64,000 bases of DNA from Octopus sinensis (taxonomy: Eukaryota). The stretch spans positions 19,716,001 to 19,780,000 of the forward strand of contig NC_043000.1 of the NCBI RefSeq assembly GCF_006345805.1, read 5' to 3'. The number at the start of each line of letters is the position of its first letter. The first letter of the stretch is position 1. Positions 13,114 through 25,150 of the stretch are shown in pieces. Under the pieces are notes generated by a model that searched no databases, was not told where the DNA came from, and saw nothing but the letters and a program-made list of their open reading frames with translations. The translations under genes were made by a program, and so were the position numbers.

Positions 13114-13349
13114 GGCGGCGAGCTGGCAGAGTCGTTAGCACACCGGGCGAAATGCTTGGCGGTATTTCGTCTGCCGCTACGTTCTGAGTTGAAATTCCGC
13201 CGAGGTCGACTTTGCCTTTCATCCTTTCGGGGTCGATAAATTAAGTACCAGTTACGCACTGGGGTCGATATAATCGACTTAATCCGTCTGTCTGTCCTTG
13301 TTTGTCCTCTCTGCGTTTAGCCCCTTGTGGGTAGTAAAGAAACAGGTAT
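13114..13349 (+). mobile_element. SINE family C inserted into Penelope-like element 1, with long TSD
   Basis: GGTATTGTTTTCCGGTGTCCTGGCG at 13093-13117 and 13345-13369 flanks a full family C copy. Confidence 0.9.
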
Positions 13350-14177
13350 TGTTTTCCGGTGTCCTGGCGTCGAAGTCCTCTGGTAGTTTACATTCTGACA
13401 TGACAATCCCGTCGATATTGTTTGCGTATTTGCATTGAGACTTACCATGCTGGGATCGTTGTTGTTGCTGTTTCCTCCACTTGAGTTTATTGTTGAAGTG
13501 TTTGTTACAGGCATGGTTAAACTCGGCGATATTCTTGTTGGATGTTTGTCATGAATCCGTCTCTTTCGTGTGGAGTAGTGGTGATTTTTAGTTCATGCAG
13601 CAGGACTCTCTTTCGTTTTTGGTACTGGTTGATTTCTGTGTATATTTTATTTTTGATGTTTTGTAACATCGTATGTTTTAGTTTTCTTTCTTGATGTTCT
13701 GTGAGCCATACACACATACATGCATACATACATACATACATATATACATACATACATACATACACAAATACATACATACATACATACATACATACACACA
13801 TACATTCATACATAAATAAATACATACATACATACAAACATACGTACATACATACATACATACATACATACATACATACATACATACATACATACATTCG
13901 TACGTACGTACATAAATACATACATACATGCATGCATGCATAGGCACACACATACATGCACACAAACAAACAATAAGGAACGCAGTGTAAATAACGGACA
14001 GAGTCAAGACTATTGAAAAGGTTGCAAGACGCAACGAACATTTTAGGAATATAAAAATAAGAAATAAGAGGAAATTTTACCGGTGAGTAAAAAATAGAAA
14101 ATGACTCCCCCAGACACAACAGAATGTGCTTCAACACACGAACTCACATAATGAATCTTGCAAACCAAATCCAAAAA

Positions 14178-14218
<41 letters not shown>

Positions 14219-14266
14219 AATACACACAAAACACACACTGGCAAAACACCAAAACACACACACAAA

Positions 14267-14302
<36 letters not shown>

Positions 14303-14644
14303 ATATACACAGATACGCACGCTTGCACGCTCGCCCAATAGAATCTGTGTGCCATTGATACAGAAGTGTTTAATTTGTTCATGCTGTACAATGGAAATAG
14401 CAAAATCTATTATGCGTGTGCGTGCCTTTATTTTATGCATGCATATAAATGTATATACACACACGCTCATATACAAGCATGCACACATTCGTGTGTATGT
14501 GTGTGTATGGAGAGAGAGAGAGAAGAAATTATACGGAATTGGTCCCTCATAAAGATATCGGAGTTCGAATCATTTCAGCGCAAAGTATTTTCTGCACTGA
14601 GAATCTCGGAGGGTATCACCTGTTGACCGTGTGTGTGTGTGTGT

Positions 14645-14675
<31 letters not shown>

Positions 14676-14725
14676 ATGTATGTATGTATGTATGTATGTA
14701 TGTATGTATGTATGTATGTTTTTCT

Positions 14726-14860
14726 ACGGCAACGTGAAACTCAGAGTAACAGGTTTTGTTGAATTTTCTGCTGCTTTAAATAAAGCATATTACTCTACCA
14801 CTGGTATTTGAGTACTCTTTTTTCCACCTTGTTTCACATTAATGTGTTTACTCCGGTATA
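14726..14860 (+). mobile_element. 5'-truncated copy of the hammerhead-bearing module (3' half of ribozyme only)
   Basis: ACGGCAACGTGAAACTCAGAGTAACAGG plus TTTTTTCCACCTTGTTTCACATT...ACTCCGG block, both shared with 20086-20220. Confidence 0.7.
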
Positions 14861-15019
14861 TATGTATATTATATAGAGAGAGATATGAATATTTGTATAA
14901 TGTATTGGCACTCATGTACATACATATATGTGTGTGTTTGCATATGCAAGCGTTTCCGTGAAAGCGTATGCACACACAAATAATACATATATATATATAT
15001 AAACATGTTTGTGTAAGTA

Positions 15020-15071
<52 letters not shown>

Positions 15072-15107
15072 ATTGCATCCTCGCAAAAACGTTCTGAATT
15101 CATTGAC

Positions 15108-15141
<34 letters not shown>

Positions 15142-15488
15142 TGTGTGTGTGTCTGTGTGTGTGTGTCTGTGTGTGTGTCTGTGTGTGTGTGTCTGTGTGT
15201 GTGTGTGTGTTGGCGTATAAGAGTATACATATCAAGGCTTGAGAAGTCGATAGCTAAAGAGGTCGATAGGAGACTAGCAGAAAATCGAAAAACAACACGT
15301 TTTCGTTGCATTCTGTGTATACAGCATACGCATACAGACGTGAACACACACACACTTACACACACACACACATACACACACTCACATGCACACACATGCA
15401 CACACCAACAAACAAACGCAGACATAAATTCTTTTAGGTATTGGCACATCAACATGAAAACCCATTCTCATATACTGTACATTATATA

Positions 15489-15522
<34 letters not shown>

Positions 15523-15554
15523 TGAGTGCGTGTGTGTATTTATGCATGAATGTA

Positions 15555-15590
<36 letters not shown>

Positions 15591-15641
15591 GAGAGAGAAT
15601 GTAGGTGTACTTTTTGTATATGTGAGTGTTTGTACATATAC

Positions 15642-15868
15642 GTGGAGGCGCGTGGCCTAGTGGTTAGGGCGTTGCACTCATGATCGTGAGAATACGGTTT
15701 CGAATCCAGCACCGGACGATTCATTGTACTCTTGAGCAAAACACTTCATTTCACGTTGTTCTAGTTCATTCAGCTGGCAAAAATGAGTACTTCTTCGACA
15801 GACCATCGTCTCGTCCAGCTGGGATATTTATATGCGTCACGGAACCCGGGAAACCGGCTTTATAAGCC
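15642..15868 (+). mobile_element. CORE SINE family A with tail T3
   Basis: GTGGAGGCGCGTGGCCTAGTGGTTAGG head, CTTGAGCAAAACACTT core, CGTCTCGTCCAG...GGGAAACCGG tail. Confidence 0.75.
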
Positions 15869-15879
15869 TATAGCTCAGA

Positions 15880-16140
15880 AAGTGAGAAACACAGACACAC
15901 AAACACACAAACACACACACACACGCACACACACACACACATGCACGCATACACGCAATCACGCGCGCACACATACACACGACGGGCTTCTTCCAGTTTC
16001 CGTCCACCAAATCCACTCACAAGGCCTTGGTCGGCCCGAGGCTATAGCAGAAGGCATTTAACCAAATGATCATGCAGTGGGACTGAATTCGGAACGATGC
16101 GGTTGGGAAGCAAGCTTCTTAGCACACAGCCATGCCTGCC
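15880..16140 (-). mobile_element. SINE family B 5' half
   Basis: Head and core match other family B copies; tail absent. Confidence 0.75.
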
Positions 16141-16147
16141 CCTATAA

Positions 16148-16149
<2 letters not shown>

Positions 16150-16203
<54 letters not shown>

Positions 16204-16700
16204 AAGTATGTATGTATGTATGTAAGTATGTATGTATGTATGTATGTATGTATGCATGCATGTATGTATGTATGTATGTATGCATGCATGCATGTATGTA
16301 TGTATGTATGTATGTATGTTTGTATGTATGCATGCATGCATGCATGTATGTATGTATGAATGCATGTATGTATGTATGTATGTATGTATGTATGTATACA
16401 TGCATGCATGCATGTATGTATGTATGCATGCATGCATGCATGTATGTATGTATGCATGCATGCATGTATGTATGTATGTATATATGAATGCATGTATGTA
16501 TGTATGTATGTATGTATGCATGCATGCATGCATGTATGTATGCATGCATGCATGCATGTATGTATGTATGTATGTATGTATGTATGTATGTATGCATGCA
16601 TTCATTCATGTATGCATGCATGCATGCATGCATGCATGCATGTATGTATGTATGTATGTATGTATGTATGTATGTATGTATGTATGTATGTATGTATGTA
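16150..16700. repeat. (TG)n then (TATG)/(TGCA) microsatellite
   Basis: Direct reading. Confidence 0.95.
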
Positions 16701-17074
16701 TACAGGACTGCAGAACATATGCATCTCAGTGTTTAAATGCATCATTGAAGTGTGAAATATTTTTTGTAATTCTTCAAAATCCTCAGAGAAGAATTGCTAA
16801 CTTTCAGATCAGAATCAACAATAGATAAGAGGAAGTGGTCAATAAATTATCTAAATAATTATGAAATGTTGAATACTTGAGGATAAGACGAGGTAAAATA
16901 ATATAATATGATAATGTGGATGTGAGATGTGGCTGAATAATATTAAGTGTTTGAGATACCTATTTGAGAATTACTTGCGAGAGGGAAAATATCTTAGAAG
17001 CTTGATAGTTATATGTGTGTGTGTTTATGTATGTTTAAGAGATATTATCAAAACGAGAAACTGAATAATATGAG

Positions 17075-17163
17075 GATTAAATAAATAAAAGATTAATGTA
17101 TGATTAAATAAATAAAAGATTAATTTATGATTAAATAAATAAAAGATTAATTTATGATTAAAT
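17075..17163. repeat. 27-bp AT-rich tandem repeat, about 3.3 units
   Basis: GATTAAATAAATAAAAGATTAAT at 17075, 17102 and 17129. Confidence 0.85.
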
Positions 17164-17779
17164 ACACAGTTAAATAACTAAATGGATAAATGAATAAATA
17201 AATAAGTTAAGAAATAGATTAAGTAAATAGATCGATTGTTGAGTAAATGGTTAGTTGCATAATTACATATTGGTTAATGCTTAATAATTGATTAATTATT
17301 GATTAATAAATGATACGGGGAAGGTGATGGATATGTGAAGACAACACACGATAAAGTTGGGAAAACGACTGGGGATAAACAAATGGAACTTGAGGAGGCT
17401 GAGATGATCAGTGAGTAGTCGGGCCTTTGACATGAAAATATATGGTGTTACATTGTGTTGCATGATACAGAGTTAATGCCCAAAATATTATGTAATATAG
17501 AATCAAAGTTGAGGATTTGTAGACTGAACTTCATACATAACTTTAAATTTCATTGGCCACATACTCGTTTAGCATACTGGATTGGTTCAAACAACCATGC
17601 ATTATTGAATCTAAATATGCTGGTCCTTACCAGTGAAGCTTTTAAGCCCTTATTGTAGGATTGTATGGTTGCACTTCGCAAATATGGTGATGAGTCCGTT
17701 CAAGCGACTTCACCGAAGCAACCAATTTTCTGTGTTGATCAACATTTTTGTTTGTGCTTTGCGCTTTAACTATGAGTAT

Positions 17780-18250
17780 AGGCATAAGCATGGCTGTGTG
17801 ATTAAAAAGTTCACTTTACAACCATGTTCTTCCGAATTCTGTTCCACTGTACTGCACTGCACCATACTGTACCATGGGCAAGTATTTTCCGCTATATCCC
17901 CGAGCCGACTAATGCCTTTTAAGAAAATTTGGTAGACGGAAACTGTGAGAAAACCCATTGCATATTTATGTATGTATGTATGTATGTATGCATGTATGTA
18001 TGCATGCTTGCATGTATGTATGTAATGTATATGTGTGTGTGTGTGTGTGTGTGGTGTGTGTGTGTGTATGTGTATGTCTGTATCTGTGTTGTGTCTGTCC
18101 CCCACCACCGTTTGACATCCGCTGTTGGTTTGTTTATGTCCTCGTAATTTAGCGGTTCTACAAAAACGACCAATGGTATAAGTACCAGACTTCAAAAATA
18201 AGAACCGGATTCGATTCATTCGTCTAAAACCTTCAAGGTGGTGGAACAAG
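17780..18250 (+). mobile_element. Old SINE family B copy
   Basis: Diverged head, TTTGGTAGACGGAAACTG block, microsatellite and body. Confidence 0.7.
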
Positions 18251-18327
18251 TAAAAAAAAATATACTAAAATAATAAAATAAAATTTTATAAAATATGAAT
18301 TCTGAATGCTGCTGCAATGAAAATTTG

Positions 18328-18382
18328 TAACATCATGTAACATCATGCCACATCATGTAACATCATGTAACATCATGTAACA
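18328..18382. repeat. 10-bp tandem repeat (GTAACATCAT), about 5 units
   Basis: Direct reading. Confidence 0.85.
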
Positions 18383-18454
18383 CAGTATATCTTTCTCTTG
18401 TCTTCCGGATACTCACCAATCACATCCACCTCCAACGCGTGTTCACTTGATATA

Positions 18455-18509
18455 CAGTGATCCCTCGCCACTTCGCGGTTCAACTATCGCGCATTCACGA
18501 CTTCGCGGA

Positions 18510-18598
<89 letters not shown>

Positions 18599-19011
18599 CG
18601 CCTAATATTTTTCATTAAATCCATTAAAATATATATAATAAATATTATTTCTTAGTCTAGGAACAACAAAACAAGAGTAAAAGAGCAAAAAGGCAGGGGT
18701 ATCTAAACTTAAGACGGGCTGTGATTGGTGCAATGGACAGAGACGACGAATCACAGTTTTCTATTTTGTAATCTGGCCTGTGTAACAGTAACAATCTTTA
18801 TTTTTTTAAATCTAAAGTGTTATTGCTTAACAGTTGTCCTTGTTATTATCAGACTACTGTAATGGGTGGGCTGTTAACAGTACAGGGAGGGTTTTAAAAG
18901 TCCAAATACACGTTAGATAAATACTGTAAATATGGTGTCCCTACTTCTCGGAAATTCAGTTATCGTGGCCGGTCTCGGAACCAATCTACCGCGATAAACG
19001 AGGGATCACTA
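18455..19011. mobile_element. Tigger/pogo-like MITE
   Basis: TA-flanked TIRs CAGTGATCCCTCG...CGCGG and CCGCG...CGAGGGATCACT. Confidence 0.8.
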
Positions 19012-19869
19012 TAATATATCCATATCATATACCACTATTTTGTTATGTATTGTCTTGATATGTCCTACTTTACCCCTGTTTTGTTTATCGATCGATTATT
19101 AATCATTAGCCAATAATTTAATAATGCAACTAAGCATTTGCTCGACTATCGATTATTTCGTTTAAATTATTTATTGTTAAATTTATACGTTTAGTGATTT
19201 ATTATTTAATCATCTTTTCGATCAATAATTTATTTAATTACTGCCACTTTACTAATTTTTAATAAACACCCAATCAAAAGGATATAGTCTCTAAGTCATT
19301 CCTCTCTCACATGTATCTCCTATGCATATGTACCCCACCCGCCAAAACGATTTGCATTCTGCAACCGCTTTCATATCACCTCGTACTGATATTTGTTTTA
19401 TTTAACCATATCTCACCTCGCTTTGTTTTATATTTTATATTCACTTTTCTCGATTTATCGGTCACTTTCACTTATCTCACTGTGATTGTCGTATGTGAGA
19501 TATTCCTCTCCCTCTCTTAGAAGAGTTTTACTGAAACAATCATTCGCACGTTAATAATGAGAGACCGTGTTTAACCAGCTGGTTAAACATGCTATTCCGA
19601 TATCTTGTATACACATCAACTGTTTTGTTCCACTATAGCTGTTGTAAGTAAACTCGAAAAAGGGGATGGGGAGATAAAGAGGAGGAGAAGAGGGGGATGA
19701 AGAGGAGAAGGAGAAGGAAAGGGAGAAGGAGGAGGAGAAGAAACATGGTATACATAATTGTGTGTATGTGTGTGTGTGCGCGTGTGTGCGTGTGTGCGTG
19801 TGTGAGTTGTGTTTGTCTCCCACAACTACTTGACAACTGCTGTTGGTTTGTTTATGTCCCTGCGTGTGT

Positions 19870-20036
19870 GATTGCGTAGAAGTGGCTGTGAGGTAAGTAG
19901 CTTGCTTACGAACCCATGATTCTATGTTCAGTCTCACTGCGTGGCACTTTGGGCAAGTGTCTTCTACTATAGCCTCGAGCCAACCAAAGCCTTGTGAGTG
20001 GATTTGGTAGACGGAAACTGAAAGAAGCCCGTCGTA

Positions 20037-20093
<57 letters not shown>

Positions 20094-20220
20094 TTTATTT
20101 AAAGCAGCAAAAAATTCAACAAAATCTGTTACTCTGAGTTTCTCGTTGCCGTTCATCAGACAGTTTTTACTAGAACGACTCTTTTTTCCACCTTGTTTCA
20201 CATTTATGTGTTTACTCCGG

Positions 20221-20311
<91 letters not shown>

Positions 20312-20500
20312 CTGTGTTTGTCCCCTAACATCGCTTGACAACCGATGCTGGTGTGTTTATGTCCCAGTAACTTAGCGGTTCGGCAAAAGAGACCGATAGA
20401 ATAAGTACTAGGCTTACAAAGAATAAGTCCTGGGGTCGATTTGCTCGACTAAAGGCGGTACTCCAGCATGGTCACAGACAAATGACTGAAACAAGTAAAA
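19870..20500 (+). mobile_element. SINE family B whose internal microsatellite carries an inserted hammerhead module
   Basis: Head at about 19875, body and tail at 20290-20500; foreign segment at 20086-20220. Confidence 0.85.
20126..20163 (-). ncRNA. Minimal type I hammerhead ribozyme motif with canonical core
   Basis: Minus strand CUGU-CUGAUGA-ACG-GCAA-CGA-GAAA-CUC-A-GAG-U-A-ACAG: stem I CUGU/ACAG, stem II with GNRA loop, stem III ACUC/GAGU, GUA cleavage triplet. Confidence 0.75.
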
Positions 20501-21100
20501 GAGTGTCCGTGAAGAGAGACAGAGAAGAGCCCACTGGTGAGTGAGATAGAAGAAAACAAGCCTCCAGTAGATGATCAACGAAGGAGATGGAGTCAATGCG
20601 TGTATTTTTATGTGGTTGTAAACTTTGTTGAGTGGAGCAAGAAAATTTTACAGTTTTACTTGGTCTATGCAAGCAGCGACAGAGTTGTTAGAGTGTCGAA
20701 CAGAATGCTTCGGAGTATTTGTTCTTAGTCTCTGCTCTCTGAATTCAAATCCTACCTGGGTCAGTTTTGACTTTCATCCTTTCGAGGCCGATATAAAAGT
20801 ACCCATCAAAGGCGGTGTTGTCGGAATTGTTTGGACGCCGAACCAGATGCCATAGTTATTCCAGAATTTTAGTGTTTTTTTTTTTTTTTGCGTTGTGAGT
20901 TCAAATCCCGCCATGTTCAATGTGGTTGGTAGACTTAATTGATCGACCGATGTAACACCGCCACCTGTTACTGTGGGTAACTTTAATGGAGTCTACTCTA
21001 TTGCAAACATTAGAACAAGATTTATACTTTGCCTTCCCTCTGACCAGTCTCAGATTCTCTATAAGGGGTCATTGACACTACCTTTCCTCTTAACTGGACC

Positions 21101-21418
21101 TCCGTCGGGTACGACGACAAGGGTTCCAGTTGATCCAATCCACGGAACAGCATGCTCGCGAAATTAACGTATAAGTGGCAGAGCACTCCACAAACACGTA
21201 TACCCTTAACGTAGCTCTCAGGGAAATTTAGGGTAACACAGAATGTGACAAGGTTGGTCCTCTGAATTACAGGCACAACTCATTTTTGCCGGTTCAGTGA
21301 ACTGGAGTAACACGAAATAAAATGTCTTGCTCAAGGACACCACATGTCACCAGGAATCGAACCCACAACCATAAGATCGTGAGTTGACTATCCCTAACCA
21401 CTAAGTCACGCACTTCCA
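21101..21418 (-). mobile_element. CORE SINE family A with tail T2
   Basis: Homologous to 24040-24373 and 32401-32696. Confidence 0.8.
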
Positions 21419-22699
21419 CTCCTCTTAATCAAAAAGATTTTTAAAAAGTACGAGATTAGTACCAAATGAACAGTAAATGTTGCGGGTGTTTCTCCGCAAC
21501 AAAGGTAGAATGGTAGAAACCATTTTGTTTGCTGGAGAGGGGCATTTTTAATGTGTTCTAGGCCGTGTTCTTTGCTTGCGCTGCTGCAATACAACTATAA
21601 ATGAACCCTTTGGAGGATTCGGATTTATATTTTAGCTGTATGCGAGATCTAGATCGACATGTTTAAGCGGATCGCATTCATCACCTGCTTAGCTGTCTCC
21701 GATTGCCAGAGCTTATGCACGTATACTATCAAGGGTTAGTTAGCGTAGACTTGACGAAAGCCAGTCAGCTGCTATACTGCTACAGGGTTCAGGAGGTAGT
21801 GAGCGCTGCAGTGTATGTGAATGTGTTGTAGGAAATCATGCTAAAGTGGTCGTACAAGTAATAGGTGCAAAGACGGCTGATGATTTTGGCAGAAGCTGGT
21901 TTGGACGCGGGGAAAGAAATTCCTATACGTCGATCAGCGATGCACGGATGGAACTAATTGTTGTTCAGAGTTAAGGATTGCAAAAGGTTATTTCTGCAGC
22001 ATTGATGTGGAACAAGTACAAAAGCCAATGAGAGGTATAAACTTTGAAGTCACCGTGGACGATGTCTTCAGAACGGAGTAATTCTAAATACATATCAGTG
22101 ATACTGGAAAAGATATGGTTAAAACGCTGTTGGTCGCTTGTGAATTTCAGGCAGTATTAGAGGCAGTAGATGTATTTGAAGAAGTGGGCAGGGGGGGGGG
22201 TTAACCTTTAAGCAGAATAACTGGAAGTTATTTCTAATATCCCAGGAGAGGAAGGTGAGTGGCGGAGACAGCAGAATGGATAAAGGCACAGAGATTACTT
22301 TTGAGGTTTTATTTTGCCAGAGCTTTAGCGATGCAAAATTTTGCTCTTGGATGTTTGTTTTCGTTTTGTTTTGTTTATTTTATTCGTTTTCTTTTTTTTA
22401 ACTGTACTTTTATGTCGTTAAAATAACTGTTTTATATTTTGCGCACTGGGAAAATTTACAAACTATTCCCAAATACATTGAAAATATAAATGTCTTTAAG
22501 TGACCCCGAAACATTTCAAACTGTCCAGGCCTTTTATTTTTCACTATGATCGATCTCTGCAGAGCTTCGATTTTCATTATGCTTGCTTCCTTTTGATGTA
22601 TAATGTCCATAATGGACAGCACTGTTCTAGAAGTTTTCGGACAAAGGCAGAGTACAAATAAATTATATTACATTCTCTTGAATGGAATATTTTGACTAA

Positions 22700-23125
22700 T
22701 AAAGAATACATTTAAATCTAATTTTCTATCAATAATGACTCTTGGATGTTGTTTGATGGCCTCAGGGTTTGCCAAATGGAAGAAAGAAAATTGGTTTGTC
22801 TTATACTATCTCCCTTACCAAACTGGAGTCGTTCGAATTTATTCTCATTTAGTTTCGTATTGTTCTTGCCAAGCCATCCGATAATAGCTTCAATGGTATT
22901 GAAGTATGGGTTCGTAGGCTTCGATTTGTGTATTTGTTTCATTTTCGCAGATTCTGATCAAAGAATATTACTTTATTTTGATAAGCCTGATATTCCTGTT
23001 GATTCATACAAAAGACAAAAGATTAAAAGAATAGGGACCTTTACGGTTTTACAGGGGACACCACACGTATTTTGCCGACTAACAACCTCATTCGCAGATG
23101 ACAGCTGCATTCTATCGGCCAAGAA
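22700..23125 (-). mobile_element. CR1/L2-type LINE RT fragment
   Basis: Minus strand DRMQLSSANEVVS...CGVPCKTVKVPILL (decayed SGVPQGTVLGP) then WLGKNNTKLNENKFERLQFG. Confidence 0.7.
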
Positions 23126-23409
23126 ATTATTTTATCCAAATAATTGCAATTCTTGGCGAAGGCACGTGGTCTAGTGGTTAGGATGTTACATTCAATGATC
23201 GTAAGGACTTGGTTTCGATTTCCGGGCCGGGCAGTGCGTTGTGTTCTTTCTTTATCGATCCAACGAGATGAAAGGCAAAACTTACCTCGACAGGATTTGA
23301 ACTCAGAACGTTGCGAACTAGAATAAATACCACAACGCAATTTTTCAACGCTCTATTAATTCTGATATATATATAAATATCAACTAGATTATGGATAGGA
23401 TGTAGCAGT

Positions 23410-24440
23410 TTACTCAATGTAGCCAGCATAAGCTTCCGCAACAGCCTCAAGACGGCTTCTGAACCTGGCGCTTGTGTTCTTCACAGTGTTTCTGGAAAGA
23501 TCTTCGAACGTATCTTTGATCTTGGCCACCAGCTCGGTCTTGGTATTGCAGGCAGTGCACTTTGTGTCATTCTCACATAGCAATCGGTGGGATAACAATG
23601 TGAGGAAATTAGGAGGCAGAAATTGAGGTTGGTGAAGTCGTAGAAATTTTCCAAGAACCACTTCTGACTCTCTCTGGAAGTATGACAAGGAGCCGAATCC
23701 AGACGCCATGCATATGGGCTTCTAGCAGCAATCATCTCCAGTCAGGACCACAGTTTCCGGCAGTTTCACATAGACGTCTGAATTGAACCTAAGACTTTGT
23801 TCAAAGATGTGGACGGCATGACGTCACTCTCACGGGAGACACACCCAGTGACCATAACAGTTTTGGGGAACTTGGTTTTCATGATATCCATGTCACATCT
23901 TACAGCCTTTACAGTGTTCACAAAGCATTGAACCATAGTCATAATGTCGGCATTTTGTTACCTGGCGCGAATCATTAAGTTACAGGTAACTCTTTTCCAA
24001 TATTCGGATAGCTTCCAGCTTTCCATGTCAGCTAACTTTAACTGAACTGGAGCACTCCGTCGGTTACGACGACGAGAGTCCCAGCTGATACGATCAACGG
24101 AACAGCTTGCTCGTAAAATTAACGTGCAAGTGGCTGAGCATTCCACAGACACGTGTAACCTTAACGTAGTTCACAAGGAGATTCAGCGTGACACAGAGTG
24201 TGACAAGGCTGGCCCTTTGAAATACAGGTACAACTCATTTTTGCCAGCTGAGTGGACTGGAGCAACGTGAAATAAAGTGTCTTGCTCAAGGACACAACAC
24301 GTCGCCGGGAATCGAACTCACAACCTTACGATCATGAGCCAAATGCCCTAACCACTAAGCCACGCGCCCTCACGTCAGCTAACTTTTTCTCAACTACAAC
24401 TTTAATCTTTATGCTCTCCAACGCCACTGAAAGTTCACTA
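23410..24440 (-). mobile_element. maT-type (DD37D) transposase remnant, copy 2, interrupted by a SINE
   Basis: DSAPCHTSRESQKWFLENFYDFTNLNFCLLISSHCYPTD has 37 residues between the two Asp; C-terminus RFRSRLEAVAEAYAGYIE. Confidence 0.85.
24040..24373 (-). mobile_element. CORE SINE family A with tail T2 and 13-bp TSD
   Basis: GTCAGCTAACTTT at 24027-24039 and 24374-24386; empty site present in maT copy 1 near 7005. Confidence 0.9.
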
Positions 24441-24539
24441 ATACGTCAGGTTGTTCTACAAAAAAAATGAGGCATAAAAAATCGACAAATTAAACCCGAA
24501 CACTCTGTATATGAATATGAGTGGGTGTGATCGGTAGAT

Positions 24540-25150
24540 TAACAAAATCGCTAGAGCGTCGAAAATTTATTTGTGGTATTTGTTGCGAATCTTTACGTTC
24601 GTAATTCAAATTCCGCCGAGGTTATCTTTGCCTTGCATCGTTTCGGTATTGATAAAATTAAGTACCAGTCAAGTACGAGGATCCATGCTATCAACTAATC
24701 TCTTCCTCTAAAATTGTTGACCTTGTTCCTAAATTAGAAACCATTGTCTAAAGGCAGCAAGCTGGCGCCAGAACATGGAAGAAAAATACCTTACATCATT
24801 TGTTCTGGATCTTTAAGATCTACATTTAAATCCTGCTGTGATCACTTTTACTTTTCATCCTTTTCGGGTCGATATAAATAAAGTACTAGTCAAGTAATGG
24901 AATGATGGAATCGACTAACACTCTCCTACCCTCAAAGTTGTTTGCCTTGTGCCTAAATCAGAAACCTCGAGCTGGTAGAATCGTTACAGCATCAAATAAA
25001 CTGCCTAACAGTATTTCTTCCGGTTCATTATACTCAGAATTCAAATTCCGCCAAGGTAAACTTTACTTTCCATCCTTTCGAACTCGATAAAATAAGTACC
25101 AGTTAAGTACAAAGGTTGACGTAATTGTTTCACCTTACCCCTCAAAATGT
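24540..25150 (+). mobile_element. Three consecutive decayed family C/D SINE copies
   Basis: Repeated AATTCAAATTCCGCC...TTTCATCCTTTCG...ATAAGTACCAGT blocks near 24600, 24830 and 25040. Confidence 0.65.

Larger units (their letters stand above)
9420..14125 (-). mobile_element. Decayed Penelope-like element 1 (RT plus GIY-YIG) bounded by inverted terminal (pLTR-like) repeats
   Basis: RT motifs GSMDVISLYPSID, QGTAIGVGVAG, YVDDINII; endonuclease VVYSIRC...YIREISRSLAERLNEH at 10123-10506; 9420-9680 is the reverse complement of about 13850-14125. Confidence 0.85.

Noticed and set aside
23092-23115. FADDSCIL on the plus strand resembling an RT catalytic motif
   Set aside because: The RT remnant here is on the minus strand (GVP..TV..P and W...N.KLN blocks); the plus-strand FADD has no flanking RT motifs
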